DNA of 25,211 nucleotides from Fibrobacterota bacterium (GTDB lineage: Bacteria; Fibrobacterota; Fibrobacteria; UBA11236). The position numbers and the translations under genes are program-made. Where the stretch lies: the NCBI GenBank assembly GCA_043753995.1, contig JAYUVP010000100.1:1-25211 (forward strand). Reading direction: 5' to 3'. The notes under the pieces are model-generated. The model was given only the letters and a program-made list of their open reading frames with translations, searched no databases and was not told where the DNA came from. Shown one piece after another: positions 16,879 to 23,064 of the stretch. Each line of letters starts with the position of its first letter. Position 1 is the stretch's first letter.

Positions 16879-18124
16879 CATTGTCGTGATCGGCGCAGGC
16901 CCTTCGGGAAGCGTTTGCGCCCGAAACCTGGCCCGTCGCGGTTATCAAGTTCTCTTATGCGAAAAGCGCCCCGTGGTCGGCGTTCCCGTCCGTTGCGGCG
17001 AAGCCACCGGCCCACGGTCACGCCTCGCCGATTTCATGACGGTCAGCGACGATTGGCTGGAAACCAGCGTGCAGGGCGTCATCATGCATGGCACGGGGGG
17101 TCATACCTTGCGTTATGATGCCGGTAAAGAAATTGGTGTCATGCTCGATCGCGCCAAATTCGATCAGCATCTCTCTCGAGAAGCGGAAGCTGCTGGAGCC
17201 GAACTTGTCGTGGATGCGCGCGTCATGAGCCTATCCCCTTGGGATGGCCAGGGCCGCAACTTGCAAATCATGCATGCGGGTCAAGAGCATACCGTGCGCG
17301 CCCGCATGGTCGTCGGTGCCGACGGCGCCGAATCCCTGAGCGGACGTTGGGTCGGATTGAAGACGCGGCAATTGCCTCCTTTCACCTGCTCGGCCATCGA
17401 ATTGCGCGTGGACGCCGTCGATGCCAACCCCAATCACCTCACCTTTTGGCAAGGTCATGACACCATCAACAAGGGCTATATCTGGGTTTTTCCCAAGGTG
17501 AAATCCAAGGTGGTGAATCTCGGCTCGGGCGAACTGATTCCAAAGTTCGGCGCTAAAAACATGTATGACCTTTCCATGGAGTATAAAGAAAAACTTTATC
17601 CCAACTCTTCTTTACTTGCTGTCCATGGTGGCTGCGTTCCCGTGTCGGGAAACTTGGAAGAATATGTTGCCGACGGATTCTTACTCTCAGGTGACGCGGC
17701 CCATCACACCAATCCCTTGACCGGCGGCGGTATCATGGCCTCCATGGTCGGCGCGGATTTGGCGGCGAAATGGATAGACCTCGGCTTTCAAAAGGGCAAT
17801 CTCTCGAAAGCCCATCTCAAGCAATACGAACAGGCGTGTTGGGAGCGCTTCGGCCGCAACCATTTTCGAGAAGCCCGCATACGTGATTTCGTCCTCGGCC
17901 TGCCTATGGAATCGCAAAAGCGCTTCTATTCCATTTTCAAGGACATGGTCGACAGCGGCCTCACTATGCCCGCAAAAATGTGGGGCTATACCCGCCTCAT
18001 TGGCCTTGCCGCCAAGCATTGGAAATTGGCCAAGCCCGTCTTGCAGGCCGGGCGACATCGCCCCTACCCCAAGGGTTCGGCCACCTCTGCGCCCATCTCT
18101 GGGGATAAGGCCAAGGCCACATAG
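16859..18124 (+). CDS. Geranylgeranyl reductase-family flavoprotein, resembling archaeal digeranylgeranylglycerophospholipid reductase
   Basis: YDIVVIGAGPSG, EKR..VG.PVRCGE, LDR..FD, VGADG.ES, GYIWVFPK (YxWxFP) and GDAA...NPLTGGGI motifs. TTG start with SD AGGAG at 16845-16849 inside the ferredoxin gene. Confidence 0.88.
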   Translation: MKSAAYDIVVIGAGPSGSVCARNLARRGYQVLLCEKRPVVGVPVRCGEATGPRSRLADFMTVSDDWLETSVQGVIMHGTGGHTLRYDAGKEIGVMLDRAKFDQHLSREAEAAGAELVVDARVMSLSPWDGQGRNLQIMHAGQEHTVRARMVVGADGAESLSGRWVGLKTRQLPPFTCSAIELRVDAVDANPNHLTFWQGHDTINKGYIWVFPKVKSKVVNLGSGELIPKFGAKNMYDLSMEYKEKLYPNSSLLAVHGGCVPVSGNLEEYVADGFLLSGDAAHHTNPLTGGGIMASMVGADLAAKWIDLGFQKGNLSKAHLKQYEQACWERFGRNHFREARIRDFVLGLPMESQKRFYSIFKDMVDSGLTMPAKMWGYTRLIGLAAKHWKLAKPVLQAGRHRPYPKGSATSAPISGDKAKAT

Positions 18125-19128
18125 TCATCGCCTAAGCATGCCGGCGCGGGCGGCAGCCAATCCGGCCACTCTTTTCCCGCTATCGTGACCTCGCAAACAC
18201 CCGAGCCGCGATGACAAATCACATCGCAACCGCACCGTAGCGCCTCAAGCACGGAGCGGCCAAAAGGCTCGGGCTCACGCGTGCAATGCAAAAGCAAATG
18301 CGTTTGCTCCAGTGCGTTTTGCACCTCGGGTGCGCTAAGAGCTCCTAAAAAACGCAGCCGATCCGCAAAGCGGCTGGCCTTCGCTTTGCGCCGCAATGTC
18401 TCCCGGTAACGCGCATATTCCGGCGCAGGATAAAGCACATCACCGACAATCCAAAATTCAGCATCAAGACCCGCCGACAGCCAGGCTTCGGCGCAATCGA
18501 GAAATAAATCCTGGCCTTTGTACGGCGCGAAATAAGCCACATGGGAAATGATGCGTCGGCCCCCTTGAGCTTGCTTCGGCTCCGGTGGGCGCGGCATTTT
18601 CACCTGGGGATAAATCACCGTCGCACCAGGATAATCCGCCGCGACGGCACGGCTATTGGCGAAGACATGGCACGCGCCAATCGAGGCCAGCCAGGCTAGG
18701 CTTCGCCGCAAGAACATGGGCCGAATGAAATCGCGAATGTCCGCTTCCCAGCGACCCCATAACAAGGGGAGTAAAAGCAAAGCCGCAAGATGGCTTTTCA
18801 CTCCCAAGGTGCGCAAGTGATATCCCCAGGGCAAAACCCAGGCGATTCGCAAAGCGTAAAGCAAGGCAGCGAAAGGCAAAAACGCGAAGGCTAAAAGCGA
18901 CGGAGAATTCGACCCGCTGCGCAAGGAAATCGAATCCAGAAGGGCGGGACGCGGCACGCATTCATATTGCCAATGCCGACGCTTCGCTTCTTCGCTCAAG
19001 GCACCTTCGCCGCTGAGCAAAAGCAGCCGAGGTATTTTTGAATCTCTAAGGCTTTCGAGGAGGCTTCTTTCCGCGCCGCCTAATTCGGGATTTTGCAGTA
19101 ACAAGACCAAGCCGCGACGCGGCTTCAA
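18064..19128 (-). CDS. Glycosyltransferase family 4 (GT-B)
   Basis: LGGAERS N-terminal motif, ANS..V, APYKGQD.F and EPFGRSVLEA (EX7E). TTG 19128 overlaps the upstream TGA (TTGA). Confidence 0.85.
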   Translation of the reverse strand: MKPRRGLVLLLQNPELGGAERSLLESLRDSKIPRLLLLSGEGALSEEAKRRHWQYECVPRPALLDSISLRSGSNSPSLLAFAFLPFAALLYALRIAWVLPWGYHLRTLGVKSHLAALLLLPLLWGRWEADIRDFIRPMFLRRSLAWLASIGACHVFANSRAVAADYPGATVIYPQVKMPRPPEPKQAQGGRRIISHVAYFAPYKGQDLFLDCAEAWLSAGLDAEFWIVGDVLYPAPEYARYRETLRRKAKASRFADRLRFLGALSAPEVQNALEQTHLLLHCTREPEPFGRSVLEALRCGCDVICHRGSGVCEVTIAGKEWPDWLPPAPACLGDDYVALALSPEMGAEVAEPLG

Positions 19129-20378
19129 AGTATTTCGCGCCCTATGGCCGTATCCACGCCGTTTTTCCAAACATGATTGATGCGCATCAACCAATCGCGT
19201 TCTTCTTGCCCAACATCTTCAAGCTTACGATCGGCATAGAGCAATTCCACCTTGCGCATGATATCGCGGCCCATGGCCGTGCGCCCCAAAAGCATGTGCA
19301 AGACAATGCAGAAATAATAGGTCTTGACCAAAACCGGGCGGGGAGTGGCCTTGTCCTTGAGCTGATTTTCAAAGTGGGTGAACGCTTCTCGGTAATATTT
19401 TTCGCCGAAAGGATGATGCAAGGCGCCCAATAAGGTCGAATACACGCCCGCCATGGCATAGGCTCCGGGCTTGCCGGCGAGAATAAGGCCATTGCAACAC
19501 TTGTCGGCCAAAACCAAGGTATCGACCACCACTTCTTTGACTCGATTGGGTTCATCAAATCGAGAATCGACATCTAGCGCTTCGGGAACTAGCCGCTTGC
19601 GCATGGACATATTGCGCGCCAAAATTTTCTTGGACTCTTCGCTGAAGGGATAGGGGCTGTCGGACTTCTCGGCAAAGTCGGCTGGATCCGCCGAGGCGAA
19701 AAAACAATAGGGACAAACCAAAACCATGGTTTTGAGATGATCCCAATTCTCGTATTGCGGATTGGCGTGATAGAAAGGAAAGGGGCCCTTGCTCCAATCC
19801 TCTTTGAATCCCTCCACCACCGGACTAAAAATTTGAACTCGCTCAAAACCGCAGATATAGCAGCATTTGGCGCTCCGCCGAATGGGATAAGGTTTGCCAT
19901 TGGCCTCGTTAACCACCAATTCGCCACTGCGCGTCCTTTTTTGCCGCAAAATGGTGCGCTTCAATTCTTCAATCAAGGAGGGAAAATCCAGGGGCTTGAT
20001 ATAAACAGCCTTAGCCCCCAGAGCGAGACTTTCCTTTTCCACGGTTTGGCGCGGGCGCGCGGTGATGACAATAATCGGAGTCGTATCGCCCTTATCGCGC
20101 AATTTTCTCATGACCTCGAAGCCATCCACTCGGGGTAAAACCAAGTCCAGCAAAATAGCGGAAAAACCATGCCCATCTTTTAGCATGCGCAATGCTTCAT
20201 CCCCCTGAAGGGCTGCCTTCGAGGTGAAATCAGCAGAAAGGCGCTGTTGAATAATGCCGGAAAGCGTTTGAGAATCTTCGACGACAAGGATTGTCGGCTT
20301 CGAGTTTTCAGGATTGGGCTTTGCAGGTATGGCCATGCGAGTCTTTTGCGAGTTTGTCACGATTATAGAACCCGACAT
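19125..20378 (-). CDS. Response regulator: receiver domain fused to DUF2225-like Zn-ribbon/helical domain
   Basis: Receiver motifs ILVVEDS, ILLDLVLP..DG (phospho-Asp), IIVITA and YIKP. C-terminal CCYICG...VCPYCFFAS...F is followed by TPR-like helices, as in DUF2225. Alternative start at ATG 20336. Confidence 0.8.
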   Translation of the reverse strand: MSGSIIVTNSQKTRMAIPAKPNPENSKPTILVVEDSQTLSGIIQQRLSADFTSKAALQGDEALRMLKDGHGFSAILLDLVLPRVDGFEVMRKLRDKGDTTPIIVITARPRQTVEKESLALGAKAVYIKPLDFPSLIEELKRTILRQKRTRSGELVVNEANGKPYPIRRSAKCCYICGFERVQIFSPVVEGFKEDWSKGPFPFYHANPQYENWDHLKTMVLVCPYCFFASADPADFAEKSDSPYPFSEESKKILARNMSMRKRLVPEALDVDSRFDEPNRVKEVVVDTLVLADKCCNGLILAGKPGAYAMAGVYSTLLGALHHPFGEKYYREAFTHFENQLKDKATPRPVLVKTYYFCIVLHMLLGRTAMGRDIMRKVELLYADRKLEDVGQEERDWLMRINHVWKNGVDTAIGREIL

Positions 20379-20494
20379 GTGCCAAGGGCAACAAAGACAT
20401 TTCAGGTGACTTGGTTGTTTATTAGCTTTTGCCCCGTTTTGTCAGCTCAATATGGTATGCTAAAGGCCATCCTTCACCAGACTCATCGGCGAGC

Positions 20495-20815
20495 ATGGAC
20501 GAAAACGAAACACCACAGTCCAAATACCTGACCATGCCCAGCCTCCAATCCAATGGTCGGAGGTTTCCGCTAAAAGCGGGAATCAATATGCTCGGGCGCG
20601 ACCAGGTATGCGATATATTCATTCCCGACCCGCATATTTCTCGCAAGCATTTGTCCCTGGATGTCGTGGGAGACGGAACCTTGACCGTCATTGATCTGGG
20701 GTCGACCAATGGCATGGTAGTCAATGGCAAGCGGGTTCCGAGCGCTATTCTATCGGTCGGAGATGAATTCGTCGTCGGCCAAACCAGCTTCTCCATCATC
20801 GACGAACTGGCCTGA
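20495..20815 (+). CDS. Stand-alone FHA domain protein
   Basis: LGR...CDI, D..ISRKH, DLGSTNG..VNG and L..GD...VG motifs, so the phosphothreonine-binding residues are intact. Start at ATG 20495. Confidence 0.9.
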   Translation: MDENETPQSKYLTMPSLQSNGRRFPLKAGINMLGRDQVCDIFIPDPHISRKHLSLDVVGDGTLTVIDLGSTNGMVVNGKRVPSAILSVGDEFVVGQTSFSIIDELA

Positions 20816-22003
20816 ACCTTCAGGTTTTACCCAAAATACCCGCCTTTTCTGCCCTACCCGGGTAAAAATCAGGGTGGCAGATTCTTTCCCGCCCGGCCTA
20901 ATCACCTTAGCTCGCACTTGCTCAGGCACTATAGGCACACCGCGCTTTTTCACCGTCACCTGCCCCACATCGGCTTCCCGAAAGGCGGCCTTGATTTCTC
21001 CTAGGTCGGCGGAAATCTCACGTACCAAGGCATAGCGTTTAAGCAGAGGATGTTCGACACGATTGTCTCCGGTCAAGTAAGCGATGCGAGCATCCAAAAG
21101 TCTTAAGCCCGTGCGTTCCGCGAGTAAAGCATGCAAATGGGCGCGCACCACACATTTCACTGGTTCATACAGGTAACTTCCCGGTTGCTCCTCTTCGTCC
21201 TGGGGGAAATTATGAAAGGCCTCGGCGGCCTCCTCCCGCGAGGCCGCCAGGGTGGCTCCCGATGGCCATTCGGTGGCCCGCACCAGACCAGAATCTCCCA
21301 AATCTCCACACCAAATCATGAGCTCCAGACAACTATCACGTAACCCAAGATATTCCCACTCGCCTTCTTGAAATTCCTCGGGCGGATTCAATCCAGGGCC
21401 GAGTTTGATGCCGACATGCTTTTGCTGGCGAATCAACTCCAATAAGGCATTCAAACCCGGTGTCAAATCCTCGCCATCCCAATGCTGGCCGCCCGCCTTG
21501 GCCCGGCGGGCCGGATCAATAAGGCAGGCTTGCACCAGAAGTGGAGACTGCAAGGCATCCGCTTGGACAGCTAGAACAGATCGATGCAAGCCCACATTGT
21601 GCCGATAAGCCATCAAGGTTCCCAAATCTTTATCCACGCCGATGACTTTCATCGATTCAGGCAAATGCATTGAATCGCCTCCGAGCCCACAACAAAGGTC
21701 GGCCACGCTGTGAATTCCCCTCTCCACGAATCGCTTGGCCTTGCCTAGTGCCAGGGCTTCTGAGGTCATTTGCATCCACCCCAAGGCCGTGAAAACCATT
21801 TCGCCGGCTCTTCCCTGTTTGGCGGCGCCGCGTTGGCGTAGGGCTCGCTGCTCCAGCAAGGCTGCACGCTCGGCCACGGGAAAACCTCGCAATAAAGAAC
21901 TTTGGGCCAAGGCCAAATCATCACGAGGATCTTGCGCCAAAAGGCTCAAAAGCCTGAGACTATTGGGTTGCAGTAGAAATCGTATTTTTGCAGTCGTGTC
22001 CAT
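20750..22003 (-). CDS. Class I SAM-dependent methyltransferase with THUMP-like C-terminal domain
   Basis: Q.TSE..A..KA, VADLCCGLGGD (motif I), IDPARR, KL.PG, YLYEP...V.RA.L, YLT and VKKRG motifs. Confidence 0.82.
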   Translation of the reverse strand: MDTTAKIRFLLQPNSLRLLSLLAQDPRDDLALAQSSLLRGFPVAERAALLEQRALRQRGAAKQGRAGEMVFTALGWMQMTSEALALGKAKRFVERGIHSVADLCCGLGGDSMHLPESMKVIGVDKDLGTLMAYRHNVGLHRSVLAVQADALQSPLLVQACLIDPARRAKAGGQHWDGEDLTPGLNALLELIRQQKHVGIKLGPGLNPPEEFQEGEWEYLGLRDSCLELMIWCGDLGDSGLVRATEWPSGATLAASREEAAEAFHNFPQDEEEQPGSYLYEPVKCVVRAHLHALLAERTGLRLLDARIAYLTGDNRVEHPLLKRYALVREISADLGEIKAAFREADVGQVTVKKRGVPIVPEQVRAKVIRPGGKESATLIFTRVGQKRRVFWVKPEGSGQFVDDGEAGLADDEFISDR

Positions 22004-22111
22004 AATGCCGATTCAAAAACAGGGAAAAGCTCAAAAGCTCGGTCTTAGACCCGTCAAGTATGCGGTGGAATCACGCCACCGTTTCGTCTCATTTGCTCTC
22101 CGGGACCTAGA

Positions 22112-22516
22112 ATGGTAGTAGGCATTGGCACCGACATCGTTTCCGTGCAACGAATTCGAGATCTATCGCCAGGAGCGGTGGAACGATTCTTAACGCCGGA
22201 AGAGCAGGTTTATTGCCTTCGGCATGCGGATCCCAGCGAGCGCATGGCCGGTCGGTTTGCCGCCAAAGAGGCCATATTGAAGGCTTTGGGAACCGGATGG
22301 GCCCTTGGTCTTGGCTGGCATCAAATGGAAATATTACCGAATGAAAAGGGTGCGCCCCTGGTTACCTTAACTGGCGCCGCCCAGCAACGCATGCTTTTTC
22401 TTGGCGCAAGTCATTGTCTTATCTCGATTTCACACGAAAAGCTCTTCGCCGTCGCCTTTGCGATCTTGCAAGGCCCGCCGGGACTTGACTCGGTGCTAAC
22501 CCAAACATCATCTTGA
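22112..22516 (+). CDS. acpS: Holo-[acyl-carrier-protein] synthase
   Basis: GIGTDIV...RI, FLT.EE, AGRFAAKEA..KALGTG, G.P and SISHE motifs. Confidence 0.96.
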   Translation: MVVGIGTDIVSVQRIRDLSPGAVERFLTPEEQVYCLRHADPSERMAGRFAAKEAILKALGTGWALGLGWHQMEILPNEKGAPLVTLTGAAQQRMLFLGASHCLISISHEKLFAVAFAILQGPPGLDSVLTQTSS

Positions 22517-22541
22517 CACGCCGTTGTGCGCGCAATAGACT
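22513..22541 (+). promoter_or_regulatory. Near-consensus sigma70 promoter
   Basis: TTGACA (22513-22518, overlapping the acpS stop), 17-nt spacer, TAGACT (22536-22541). Confidence 0.78.
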
Positions 22542-22598
22542 TGAATCAGGGCTTCGATGACGCGGCACGGCGAAACGAATCCTGCAGGAGGCGCTTAA

Positions 22599-22991
22599 AT
22601 GAAACCGCTCTACGTCAAATGCACCCATTGCAAAGAGGTCAGCGAACTCTTTTTGGGTTCCGAAGCGTATATGATCGTCTTGAACTGCCCGTCTTGCAAT
22701 TCCGCGCTGATGTATTACTACGGGAAAACTTTCGAAATCGACGAAAGCGAAATCGAAAAAATCCAGGGTAACCTACAGATGACGACGGTGCAGGGCATTC
22801 TCAAGAATATCAGCGCCAGGGAAAATACTCGCCAGCAAACAGCCACCGTTGCCAAAGGCCCAGACTTGAGGCCGACGCATAAGGCGGGAGCGCCGGTACG
22901 CGAAGAGCCCCTGCTCGACGACGACATCACCAATTTGAAAATTGAGCTTGCCCTGGTCAAAGACGTGAACGAGTTCATCGGCAGACTGTAG
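22599..22991 (+). CDS. Hypothetical zinc-ribbon protein (130 aa)
   Basis: Perfect SD AGGAGG at 22586-22591. CTHC and CPSC pairs, and a C-terminal helical motif DDDITNLKIEL...DVNEFI. Flanked by its own promoter and terminator. Confidence 0.85.
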   Translation: MKPLYVKCTHCKEVSELFLGSEAYMIVLNCPSCNSALMYYYGKTFEIDESEIEKIQGNLQMTTVQGILKNISARENTRQQTATVAKGPDLRPTHKAGAPVREEPLLDDDITNLKIELALVKDVNEFIGRL

Positions 22992-23017
22992 TTAGACTGC
23001 CTTTTTCGAATGGGTTC

Positions 23018-23053
23018 AAAGCCCGCTCGCCTCGTAGCGAGCGGGCTTTTTTT
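23018..23053 (+). terminator. Intrinsic terminator
   Basis: AAAGCCCGCTCGC-CTCGTA-GCGAGCGGGCTTT is a perfect 13-bp inverted repeat running into a T7 tract, between convergent genes. Confidence 0.9.
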
Positions 23054-23064
23054 ATGCAAGGTTT

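Noticed and set aside
5192..18124. Complete archaeal ether-lipid pathway (polyprenyl synthase + reductase)
   Set aside because: No GGGP synthase, DGGGP synthase or G1P dehydrogenase in the window. The synthase looks like an ordinary long-chain quinone-type enzyme and lies about 10 kb away in another transcription unit.
19129..19194. Longer GT4 start at 19194
   Set aside because: It would overlap the response regulator by 70 nt. TTG 19128 gives a standard 4-nt coupling and places the GGAE motif at the usual N-terminal position.
23011..23033. GGGTTCAAAGCCC resembling a tRNA T-arm or attachment-site remnant
   Set aside because: No D-arm, anticodon arm or acceptor stem, and no integrase nearby; explained by the terminator's 5' arm.
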